Shown piece by piece: positions 17,978 through 26,524 of a stretch of DNA of 64,000 nucleotides. Made by a program: the position numbers and the translations under genes. Every line of letters begins with the position of its first letter. The first letter of the stretch is position 1. A model generated the notes under the pieces. The model was not told where the DNA came from. It ran no database searches and was given only the letters and a program-made list of their open reading frames with translations. Source of the DNA: an uncultured Acidobacteriaceae bacterium. Its GTDB lineage: Bacteria; Acidobacteriota; Terriglobia; Terriglobales; Acidobacteriaceae. Where the stretch lies: assembly GCA_964250945.1 (NCBI GenBank), contig CAXUIB010000001.1, positions 264 through 64,263 of the forward strand. The letters are read 5' to 3'.

Positions 17978-19000
17978 ATGATCAGCCCATCCGAAGGTCA
18001 GTACGTTGGGAGCCATCTGCGGGAACTTGCTTCCTGTCTTGGTTGGTTTGTGTTTCCCACGAATATATTTTCCGTTGCCGCCACGCCGGCCCACTCGATA
18101 CGCCAGCTGTCGATTCTCGCGCTGGCCGTTACCGGCTCGATCTTTGCTGTCATGGCCACGCTTTTTACGGTGGCGATCGTTCGATTTCGCGCACGTCCTG
18201 GAAAGAATCAGCGTGAGCCGATCCAGCTGTACGGCTCCAACCAGATTGAGCTGTCATGGACGGTGATTCCACTTGTGATTGTGCTGGTGTTGTTTTTGGC
18301 GACCGCACGTGTGATCCTCGCGACAGAAAAGGCGCACGCGCCCAAGAATGCGCTGCAGGTGCTGGTGATCGGCCACCAGTTCTGGTGGGAGTACCGCTAC
18401 ACAGGCACCGAGGTCGTGACCGCGAATGAGTTGCACATTCCCGTGGTGAGCGCGGGGAACACGGGTCCGACGTATCTGAGCATGATCTCCGCGGATACGG
18501 ATCACAGCTTCTGGGTGCCCCGGCTTGCAGGCAAGCTGGACGTCATTCCGAACAAGATCAACGTGATGTGGTTTGATCCGCACACGCCCGATCTTTACGT
18601 GGGCCAGTGCGCCCAGTTCTGCGGAACGCAGCACGCCAAAATGCTGATTCGGGTGTACGCCCAGACGCCCGAGGATTACCGGCGCTGGTTAGCCAATCAA
18701 GCGCTGCCTGCACCACAGGCGGCGGACGTGCAGGATGGCCGCGCCGTCTTTGAGCAGAACGCCTGCATGAACTGCCATCGCATCCGCGGCACGGTGGCCG
18801 ACGGGCGCTTTGGCCCGGACCTGACGCACTTTGCCAGCCGCGACACGCTGGCCGCGGGCGCTGTGCCGAACACCCCGCCCAATGTGGCGCAGTGGATCAA
18901 AAATCCCGCGCATTACAAAGACGGCGCGCTGATGCCGGCCATGCACCTGGACGACGGTCAGATCGCCCGCGCTACCGCATATCTGGAATCGTTGCACTAG
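17978..19000 (+). CDS. ctaC: Cytochrome c oxidase subunit II with fused cytochrome c (caa3 type); start uncertain
   Basis: GHQFWWEY, HSFWVP, CAQFCGTQHAKM CuA site, C-terminal CMNCH...MP. Confidence 0.92.
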   Translation: MISPSEGQYVGSHLRELASCLGWFVFPTNIFSVAATPAHSIRQLSILALAVTGSIFAVMATLFTVAIVRFRARPGKNQREPIQLYGSNQIELSWTVIPLVIVLVLFLATARVILATEKAHAPKNALQVLVIGHQFWWEYRYTGTEVVTANELHIPVVSAGNTGPTYLSMISADTDHSFWVPRLAGKLDVIPNKINVMWFDPHTPDLYVGQCAQFCGTQHAKMLIRVYAQTPEDYRRWLANQALPAPQAADVQDGRAVFEQNACMNCHRIRGTVADGRFGPDLTHFASRDTLAAGAVPNTPPNVAQWIKNPAHYKDGALMPAMHLDDGQIARATAYLESLH

Positions 19001-19030
19001 ACCCTGAACGCAGCCTGAAAAGGACACAGC

Positions 19031-20731
19031 ATGGCAACTACGGCTCCACATACCGAGATCGAGGTCGCGCCAGGGCAGGCCGAGCGCAGGCAGCGGGGAT
19101 CCATTCTCGTCGAATACCTGCATGGCTGGATGACCACCACGGATCACAAGCGCCTCGGCATCTTGTACATGCTGTCCGCGTTGTTGTTTATGGTCATCGG
19201 CGGTCTGGAAGCAGCGATGATGCGCCTGCAGCTGGCATGGCCGGGCATGCACGTGGTCGGTCCCCAGACCTTTAACGCCCTGTTCACCATGCACGGCACC
19301 ACGATGGTGTTTTTCATGGGCATGCCGGTGCTGTTCGGCTTGGGCAACTACCTGATCCCGCTGATGCTGGGCGCCCGAGACATGGCTTTTCCGCGACTGA
19401 ATGCGTTCAGCTTCTGGGTGAGCTTTTTCGGCGGCCTTCTTTTGTACTACAGCGTGCTGGGCGGCGACGGTCTGTACGGCATGGGAACGGCGCCGAATGT
19501 AGGGTGGTTTGCGTATGCGCCGCTCACCAGCAAGGTGTTTTCGCCGGGCCACTCGACCGACTACTGGACCCTGGGCGTGATGGTCAGCGGCATCGGTTCG
19601 ATCGGCGTTGCGCTCAACCTGCTCGCCACCATGGTTAGTCTTCGATGCCGCGGCATGAAGGCGATGCGCATGCCGCTGCTGGTGTGGCTGTATGCCATCA
19701 CCTGCCTGCTGGTGCTTGTAGCGGTGAGCCCGCTGACCGCGGCGCAGATTATGTTGTGCCTCGATCGCTACCTTGGAGCTCACTTTTTTGACACTCAGGC
19801 GGGCGGCTCCGCCGTGATGTGGATGCACTTCTTCTGGATCTTCGGTCACCCCGAGGTTTACATCCTTGTCTTGCCCGCGTTTGGCTTTGCCAACGAGATC
19901 GTTCCCGTCTTCTCGCGCAAGGTCATCTTTGGGTATCCGGCGATGGTGCTCGCGACCATCGCTATCGGATTCATCAGCTTGGGCGTTTGGTGCCATCACA
20001 TGTTCACCGTGGGTTTAGGACCCGGGCCGAACGCTTTCTTCACCCTGTCCACGATGATCATCGCCATCCCCACCGGCATCAAGCTCTTCAACTGGCTTGC
20101 GACCATGTGGGAGGGCCAGATCCGCTTCGCCACGCCGATGCTGTTTTCGACCGGGTTTCTTTTCAACTTTCTCCTTGCCGGTTTGACGGGCGTGATTTTG
20201 TCGGTCTCTCCCTTTGATTGGCAGCTGGGCAACAGCTACTTCGTTGTGGGGCATTTTCACTTTGTGCTGGTCGGTGCGATCCTGATGATGATCTTCGCCG
20301 CGATCTATTACTGGTTCCCCAAGATGAGCGGCAGGATGCTGAACGAGCGGCTTGGAAAATGGCATTTTTGGCTGTTCTTGTTCGGTTTTCACCTTACGTT
20401 CGAGCTCATGCATTTCACCGGCCTGATGGGCATGCCGCGGCGCGTGTTCACCTACGAGTCTGACCGCCATTGGGCGTTCTTGAACCTGTTTACTTCCGTG
20501 GGTGTGATCTTCCAGCTTGCCGGAATATCGATCTTTCTTTGGAACATTCTGAGCAGTCTGCGCCATGGCCCGAAAGCCGGACCGGACCCGTGGGATGCAT
20601 GGACGCTCGAGTGGTCGACCACCTCGCCACCGCCGGACTACAACTTCGCCGAGGAGCCCATTGTGCATAGCCGGCGGCCGCTGTGGGATCTGAAGCACCC
20701 CAACGATCCGGATACCGATTATCAGCTGTAA
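19031..20731 (+). CDS. ctaD: Cytochrome c oxidase subunit I, type A1
   Basis: TDHKRLG, HGTTM, GHPEVY, WCHHMF, PTGIK, HFH, GMPRR. Confidence 0.96.
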   Translation: MATTAPHTEIEVAPGQAERRQRGSILVEYLHGWMTTTDHKRLGILYMLSALLFMVIGGLEAAMMRLQLAWPGMHVVGPQTFNALFTMHGTTMVFFMGMPVLFGLGNYLIPLMLGARDMAFPRLNAFSFWVSFFGGLLLYYSVLGGDGLYGMGTAPNVGWFAYAPLTSKVFSPGHSTDYWTLGVMVSGIGSIGVALNLLATMVSLRCRGMKAMRMPLLVWLYAITCLLVLVAVSPLTAAQIMLCLDRYLGAHFFDTQAGGSAVMWMHFFWIFGHPEVYILVLPAFGFANEIVPVFSRKVIFGYPAMVLATIAIGFISLGVWCHHMFTVGLGPGPNAFFTLSTMIIAIPTGIKLFNWLATMWEGQIRFATPMLFSTGFLFNFLLAGLTGVILSVSPFDWQLGNSYFVVGHFHFVLVGAILMMIFAAIYYWFPKMSGRMLNERLGKWHFWLFLFGFHLTFELMHFTGLMGMPRRVFTYESDRHWAFLNLFTSVGVIFQLAGISIFLWNILSSLRHGPKAGPDPWDAWTLEWSTTSPPPDYNFAEEPIVHSRRPLWDLKHPNDPDTDYQL

Positions 20732-20758
20732 CGTCCACAGCCCCCAGGAGACAAGTCT

Positions 20759-21361
20759 ATGAGTTCGGCACTGACCACCGGCTCCATCAGCTACGCCCAG
20801 ACCTACAGCCAACGGCCTGACCGGGGCAGGGTCGGGATGGCCTTCCTTATTCTGGCGGAAAGCTCGCTTTTCATGATTTTTGTGGTGGCCTATATCTACT
20901 ACATCGGCCGAAGCTTGAACGGACCGACACCGCAGGAGGTGCTGAAGCTGCCCATTCCCGCCACCATCTGCCTGCTTTCGAGCAGCTGGACCGTACACCG
21001 CGCGACCTCGGCGCTTCGCCGTGGAACGAGCGTCGACGCGGGCTTCTGGCTGATGGCGACCATGCTGCTGGGCGGCATCTTCCTCGGCTTTACCGCGTGG
21101 GAGTGGTTTGGCCTGATTGCGCATAAGCACCTCACGATCAAGACCAATCTCTTTGGGACGACGTTCTACTCCCTTGTGGGTTTGCACGCCACTCACGTGA
21201 CCATAGGTCTGCTTCTGCTTTCGGTGGCGACCTTTTTGTGTCTCTTCACCGACCTGAAAGCCAAGGACGCCACCCGGCTTGAGGTTCTCTCGTACTATTG
21301 GCACTTCGTCGACGCCGTCTGGATTGTGGTGTTCAGCGTGGTGTATGTGTTTGGCCGCTAA
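20759..21361 (+). CDS. ctaE: Cytochrome c oxidase subunit III
   Basis: FLILAES, TICLLSSS, FYSLVGLHATHV, YWHFVDAVW. Confidence 0.92.
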   Translation: MSSALTTGSISYAQTYSQRPDRGRVGMAFLILAESSLFMIFVVAYIYYIGRSLNGPTPQEVLKLPIPATICLLSSSWTVHRATSALRRGTSVDAGFWLMATMLLGGIFLGFTAWEWFGLIAHKHLTIKTNLFGTTFYSLVGLHATHVTIGLLLLSVATFLCLFTDLKAKDATRLEVLSYYWHFVDAVWIVVFSVVYVFGR

Positions 21362-21382
21362 AAGCAAGGAAAGCGTCACCAC

Positions 21383-21422
21383 AACACCTTATCCGGCTCA
21401 CAGGAACAGGAGAGATGCTCAA
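21383..21422 (+). repeat. Right-end fragment of the MITE-like element (copy F)
   Basis: AACACCTTATCCGGCTCACAGGAACAGGAGAGATGCTC matches the 3' third of copy E. Confidence 0.6.
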
Positions 21423-21436
21423 AGGAGGTTCTTCCC

Positions 21437-22291
21437 ATGCCTGAAAAAGTTGAAGCTCGGCGGTCCTTGAACCCTGGCGCGCGTATTGAGATGCCCGCCT
21501 CGACACCCTTCCCCATGGTGCTGGCCCTGGGTGTCGCCCTCAGCATTACGGGCATGGTGACCTACGGCTATGTCACCGCCCTCGGCGTCCTGATAGCGCT
21601 GTTTGCGGCTCACGGGTGGTTCCATCAGGTGATTCCGGAAGAAAAGCATGAGTTGATGCCGATCTCGCCCGAACAGGTCGAGATTACGCCTTCCAAGGAA
21701 GGTGTGGCGCGAATCGAGGAGTCCGGGCACCAGCAGGTACAGTCGCTCGAGAGCTTCAGCTTTTTGCCGGGCCTGTACGGCGGCGCTGCGGGTGGGGTCG
21801 CGATGGTTGTGCCCGCCGCTCTGTACGGGCTCATCAAGTACGGCAGCATCTGGTATGCGGTCAACCTTCTCGCGGCGGGCGGGTTTCCGTCCTGGGCCGG
21901 GAAGCCCAACAGCTTTTTTGCCGAGTTTCATCTGGAAGGCCTGGTTTGCGCCCTCATCATTCACACCATCACCTGCCTGTTGGTGGGCATCCTGTATGCC
22001 GCTCTTCTGCCGATCTATCCCAGACGCCCCATTCTTACCGCGGGCGTCATCGTTCCGCTGTTCTGGACGGCGCTGCTGTGGGGCGTGCTCGGCCTGGTCA
22101 GCCCCATCCTGAATCAGCGCATCGACTGGTGGTGGTTTATTCCATCGCAGATCGCCTTTGGCCTGGTCACGGGCTATGTGGTCAATCGCTTCCTCCATGT
22201 GCGCTCGCCGGAGTTTCAGAAGAAGTCCCTGGCCGAGCGCGCCGGCGTGCACAGCGACGTGAGCCATCGTGAAAAGGAGGACGGCAAGTGA
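21437..22291 (+). CDS. Multi-pass membrane protein, possible accessory oxidase/supercomplex subunit
   Basis: AGGAGG RBS, about 6 hydrophobic segments, overlaps the next gene by GTGA. Confidence 0.75.
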   Translation: MPEKVEARRSLNPGARIEMPASTPFPMVLALGVALSITGMVTYGYVTALGVLIALFAAHGWFHQVIPEEKHELMPISPEQVEITPSKEGVARIEESGHQQVQSLESFSFLPGLYGGAAGGVAMVVPAALYGLIKYGSIWYAVNLLAAGGFPSWAGKPNSFFAEFHLEGLVCALIIHTITCLLVGILYAALLPIYPRRPILTAGVIVPLFWTALLWGVLGLVSPILNQRIDWWWFIPSQIAFGLVTGYVVNRFLHVRSPEFQKKSLAERAGVHSDVSHREKEDGK

Positions 22292-23142
22292 GGCGCCCGG
22301 CAAAGAGAGGGCAGGCGCTCGCGTTGGCCTTGGTGACCCTGGGAAGCGCGGGATGCCGCTTTCCGGGCAAGCCCGGGCCGGATCACGTCCCGACACGCCC
22401 GGATCAGATCACCAAGTTCGAGGTGCTGTACCAGCGAAACTGCCAGGCGTGCCATGGCAAGGACGGACGCAACGGCATGGCTGTATCCCTGGGCAACCCG
22501 GCCTACATCGCCTACGCCGGACCTCGGCATATCGCCGAGGTTACGGCCAACGGCATCGGCGGCTCGCTGATGCCGGCCTTTGCCACCAACACGGGCGGAT
22601 CTCTGACCGATCAGCAGATCCAGATCCTGGCCGACGTCATCGTTTCCGGCTGGGGCAATCCCGGTGCGATGAAAGGGGCCGCTCCACCCCCCTATGAAAG
22701 CCAAGCAACCGGGAATGCCGCCGCGGGGCAGGCCCTGTACCGTTCCGATTGCCTTCGCTGCCACGCCGCGGGAACGAAGTCCATCCTCGATCCCAACTAT
22801 GTGGCGCTGGTCAGCAACGGCGGCCTCCGCACTCTGATCGTTGCGGGAAAGCCTGCGGAAGGCATGCCGGACTGGCGTGGATACCCTGGCGGCCCGCTTC
22901 AGGATCAACAGATCGCCGACCTGGTGGCCTTTATGGCAAGCTATCGCATCCCCGCGCCCGGACAGCCGTTTCCGAACGCCGAAGGCGCGGCTCAGCCGGC
23001 AAACGCCGCGGCCGAGGCAGCGGCGGCAAAGGCGCAAAGCCGGACCGCAACGCAGGCTGGACCGGCTACCGGCGGTCCAAAGGTCAGCCACTCCCCTGTA
23101 CCCACAAACAAACCCAAGCACCCCACGAGTCTTGAGCCATGA
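22288..23142 (+). CDS. Diheme cytochrome c lipoprotein (QcrC-like position)
   Basis: Lipobox-like LGSAGC, CQACH and CLRCH each followed by an MP distal ligand; Ala/Pro-rich tail. Confidence 0.85.
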   Translation: MRRPAKRGQALALALVTLGSAGCRFPGKPGPDHVPTRPDQITKFEVLYQRNCQACHGKDGRNGMAVSLGNPAYIAYAGPRHIAEVTANGIGGSLMPAFATNTGGSLTDQQIQILADVIVSGWGNPGAMKGAAPPPYESQATGNAAAGQALYRSDCLRCHAAGTKSILDPNYVALVSNGGLRTLIVAGKPAEGMPDWRGYPGGPLQDQQIADLVAFMASYRIPAPGQPFPNAEGAAQPANAAAEAAAAKAQSRTATQAGPATGGPKVSHSPVPTNKPKHPTSLEP

Positions 23143-23849
23143 ATGATTTTTGCGAACTTCCCCCGGAACCGAAAAAGCCACACTCCGACGACCTCCTGCG
23201 GCCGGAGTCCGCACCTCTGCCGTCCGCAGCGGAACACAGCTTCAAGCACTCCCGCCGAACCTTTCTGTTTCAGCTCGCAGTCGGCATGAACGCGGCGGTC
23301 GCGGCCGTACTCGCCGTGCCTCTGCTGGGCTACGTGATCTCTCCCGGCTTTCGCAAAAACGGCTCCTACAATGCGTGGGTTCCGCTTGCCAAATTGGACG
23401 CCATGCCGGTGGGTGCAACGCGGCTGCTGGAGTTCCTGAATCCGGTACGCACCCCCACCGATGGGGAGACGGCCAAGATCCCTGTGTGGGCACGGCGCAC
23501 CACGCACACGCAGTACGAGGTGTTCGCGATCAACTGTGCTCACCTGGGCTGTCCCGTGCGCTGGTTTGAGCAATCGCAGCTGTTTCTATGCCCCTGCCAC
23601 GGCGGCGCCTACTACTCCACCGGCGACGTGGCTGCCGGCCCGCCGCCGCGCGGCATGTACAAATACGCCGTGCGGTTGGACGGCGATACGGTCATGATCC
23701 ACGCCGGCGAAATTCCTACCTTGCGCGATGTGGCTTGTTCGGGAGCCAAGGACCGTGAGCTTATCCAGATCGATCCGGCAGAGCGCTCGGGAAAGGGCGT
23801 GACCGGCTACAACTTGTTGCCCGCGCGCAAGGATGGAGAGGAGTCGTAA
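23139..23849 (+). CDS. qcrA: Rieske iron-sulfur subunit
   Basis: Tat-like SRRTFL + TM helix, CAHLGC and CPCHG. Confidence 0.9.
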   Translation: MNDFCELPPEPKKPHSDDLLRPESAPLPSAAEHSFKHSRRTFLFQLAVGMNAAVAAVLAVPLLGYVISPGFRKNGSYNAWVPLAKLDAMPVGATRLLEFLNPVRTPTDGETAKIPVWARRTTHTQYEVFAINCAHLGCPVRWFEQSQLFLCPCHGGAYYSTGDVAAGPPPRGMYKYAVRLDGDTVMIHAGEIPTLRDVACSGAKDRELIQIDPAERSGKGVTGYNLLPARKDGEES

Positions 23850-25475
23850 ATGGAAACCAAGCCCGAACAAAAGCTCGAAACCCTGGAGCACGAGGTCGTC
23901 GATGTCGATCAGAAGGTCACAAAAGAGACCATCCTCGTGGGCGAACGCGTGGGCTGGCGACTTTACGGATGGTTTGAAGCCCGCACCGGCCTGATCGGCC
24001 CTACCTTGAAGATGTCCGAGCATGAGGTGCCGGAGAACACCTCCAGCTGGTGGTATGTCTTCGGTTCCGCGGCTCTGGTGCTGCTGATTCTGCAGGTCAC
24101 CACGGGCATCCTGCTCGCGTTGATCTATGCGCCATCGGCGGCGGACGCCTGGAAGAGCCTCAACCTGCTGGACTCGCAGGTGGCGCTCGGGTGGATGATC
24201 CGCGCAATACACGGTTGGGGATCGAACTTTATGATCGCCATCGTGCTCATCCACATGACGCAGGTGTTCCTGTTTGGAGCCTACAAGTACCCGCGCGAAC
24301 TGACATGGATGGTTGGCGTGCTTCTGCTCTTGCTCACCATGGCCATGGCGTTTACGGGTGAGGTGATGCGCTTCGATCAGGACGCCTACTGGGGTCTGGG
24401 CATCGGCGTGGCTATCGTCGGGCGCATACCGCTGATCGGTGGGCGGCTCGTCCACGTCATGTTGGGCGGCCCTATTATCGGCGGCCCTACGCTGACGCGC
24501 TTCTTCGCTCTGCACGTCTTTGTACTGCCGGGAACGCTGCTGGCCTTTGTCGGGCTGCATGTGTGGATGGTGCTGAAGCTGGGCATCAACGACTGGCCCA
24601 TGCCGGGTCGGCTCGTTCGAAAAAGTACGTACGAGCGCCAATATCACCAGTTGGTGGAGCGCACCGGCATCTCCTTTGTACCGGATGCCGGATGGAAGGA
24701 CGCCATCTTCGCGGCCGCGATTTTGCTCAGCGTGCTCGCCGTGGCCGTTACCTTCGGCCCATTCGGTCCCAACGGCACACCGGACCCCACTATCGTTCAC
24801 ACCGCCCCCAAGCCCGACTTTGTCTTTCTGTGGATATTTTCCCTGCTCGCGTTGATGCCGCCGGCGCTCGAAACCCCCTTGATCCTGATTGCTCCGGTAG
24901 TGATCATTCTCGGGATGCTTTCGCTGCCGCTGTTTGCCGGTCAAGGGGAAAAGCATTGGTCCCGCCGGCCGGTGGCGGTTCTGATGGTGGCCGTGATCGC
25001 GTTGGCCCTCGGCATCTTCACGCGCCTGGGCACGTACACTCCCTGGAGCCCGATCATGGATGCCTGGTCGAGCGACCCGGTGCCTCCCGCCGATCTCGTG
25101 CACAAGTCTGCGCTCGAGCATCAGGGCGCGATTGTGTTCCAAAACAAGCAGTGCCGCAACTGTCACCAGATCGGCGGCGTCGGCGGCGAGCGCGGACCTG
25201 CGCTCGACCTGGTCGCCACGCGCCTGAGCGACGACCAGCTGATCCGCCAGGTGCTGCAGGGCGGAGGCAACATGCCGGCGTTCGGGAAAGCCCTGACGCC
25301 GCCACAGACAACAGCGCTTGTGGCCTTTCTCCGGTCCATGAACGGGAACAGCGATCTTCGGCCCGCCGAGGTTCCCGCCATGCAGCTTGGGCGAGACGGC
25401 AACGATCTGCCGTACCAAAATCACGGCGACCCATCGCTCGATATGCCAAAGACTCCGAAGTATCAGAAGCAATAG
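23850..25475 (+). CDS. qcrB: Cytochrome b with C-terminal cytochrome c domain
   Basis: Four heme-b His (RAIHG, LIHM, FALHV, GLHV), YKYPRELTW, TLTRFF, C-terminal CRNCH...MPAF. Confidence 0.92.
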   Translation: METKPEQKLETLEHEVVDVDQKVTKETILVGERVGWRLYGWFEARTGLIGPTLKMSEHEVPENTSSWWYVFGSAALVLLILQVTTGILLALIYAPSAADAWKSLNLLDSQVALGWMIRAIHGWGSNFMIAIVLIHMTQVFLFGAYKYPRELTWMVGVLLLLLTMAMAFTGEVMRFDQDAYWGLGIGVAIVGRIPLIGGRLVHVMLGGPIIGGPTLTRFFALHVFVLPGTLLAFVGLHVWMVLKLGINDWPMPGRLVRKSTYERQYHQLVERTGISFVPDAGWKDAIFAAAILLSVLAVAVTFGPFGPNGTPDPTIVHTAPKPDFVFLWIFSLLALMPPALETPLILIAPVVIILGMLSLPLFAGQGEKHWSRRPVAVLMVAVIALALGIFTRLGTYTPWSPIMDAWSSDPVPPADLVHKSALEHQGAIVFQNKQCRNCHQIGGVGGERGPALDLVATRLSDDQLIRQVLQGGGNMPAFGKALTPPQTTALVAFLRSMNGNSDLRPAEVPAMQLGRDGNDLPYQNHGDPSLDMPKTPKYQKQ

Positions 25476-25587
25476 GGCGGTTCTCCTGTAGGTGTATAGC
25501 GAAACCACAGGCCTCATGGCCGTTTTCCCCAATGAAAACGGCACTCCCACACTCTATCCGACTCACAGGGACAGGAGAACCGCTCTA
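25473..25587 (+). mobile_element. MITE-like element, copy C (best preserved)
   Basis: TAGGGCGGTTCTCCTGT...ACAGGAGAACCGCTCTA, 16/17 inverted termini including terminal TA; begins at the qcrB TAG stop. Confidence 0.8.
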
Positions 25588-25618
25588 AACAGAGCAGAGC
25601 AAGCGCAAGGAGAGATCC

Positions 25619-26470
25619 CTGGACAGCCTGATCAGCGTTTGGCATCCCCCGCTAACGATCACCCTTGGGTGCGTGCTTGCCTTGGTCCTCTATCTGGTCG
25701 GGCTGCGACGCTTGCGGCGCACCCGGCCTGAGTTTCAGACGTGGCGCGCGTGGTCTTTTGCGGGGGGGCTGGCGGTGCTTTGGATCTCGCTGGCTTCGCC
25801 GCTCGAGGAGCTGGCCGATACGGTTCTGACGGCTCACATGATCGAGCACCTGCTCCTGATGGCCGCTGTTCCGCCGCTTGTTCTTCTGGGTTGGCCCACG
25901 GTTCCTCTCTTGCGCGGGTTGCCGTCCGGGCTGCGTCGATGGACGGTCGCTCCTTTCCTGCGATCGCCTCTCGTGCGTCGTTTCGAGCATGTTCTGGTCA
26001 CGCCTGTGTTTGCCTGGCTGGCGATGAACCTGACATTTTTGCTCTGGCACATCCCTCGAGCGTACAACTATGCCCTGGAGCACGAGGCGGTCCATGACCT
26101 GGAGCATCTGTGCTTTCTCGCCGGCTCGCTGCTGTTCTGGTGGGTTCTGCTGCGCCCCTGGCCGTCCCAGGCCGAGCCGTTGGGGTGGTATGCCCTGCCG
26201 TATCTGGTCACCGCGGACTTTGTAAATACCCTCTTGTCCGCCATGCTCGCCTTTGCCGGGCGCCCGGCGTACAGCTTCTATCTCGAGCACGGCAACGCCT
26301 TCGGCCTCGACCCGCTCACGGATCAGGCGGTCGGCGCATGCATCATGTGGGTGTTCGGATCGATCGTCTTTTTGCTGCCTGCCCTGGTTCTGCTCGGCCG
26401 ACAGCTCCAAGGGCGCGGTACACCTGCGCTTTCCCATCCTGGCCAGCGCGTCTCGCCGTTGCGTCCATAA
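25619..26470 (+). CDS. ctaG: caa3-type cytochrome c oxidase assembly factor CtaG (start CTG 25619 or GTG 25673)
   Basis: SPL..LA....TAHMIEHLLL...PPL, WHIP..Y, HDLEHLCF, DQAVGACIMWV. Confidence 0.85.
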   Translation: MDSLISVWHPPLTITLGCVLALVLYLVGLRRLRRTRPEFQTWRAWSFAGGLAVLWISLASPLEELADTVLTAHMIEHLLLMAAVPPLVLLGWPTVPLLRGLPSGLRRWTVAPFLRSPLVRRFEHVLVTPVFAWLAMNLTFLLWHIPRAYNYALEHEAVHDLEHLCFLAGSLLFWWVLLRPWPSQAEPLGWYALPYLVTADFVNTLLSAMLAFAGRPAYSFYLEHGNAFGLDPLTDQAVGACIMWVFGSIVFLLPALVLLGRQLQGRGTPALSHPGQRVSPLRP

Positions 26471-26524
26471 GCGAGAGGGCGTCGATGAGGTGGGCTGTCA
26501 GAGCGCGAAGTACCCCGGGCTCTT

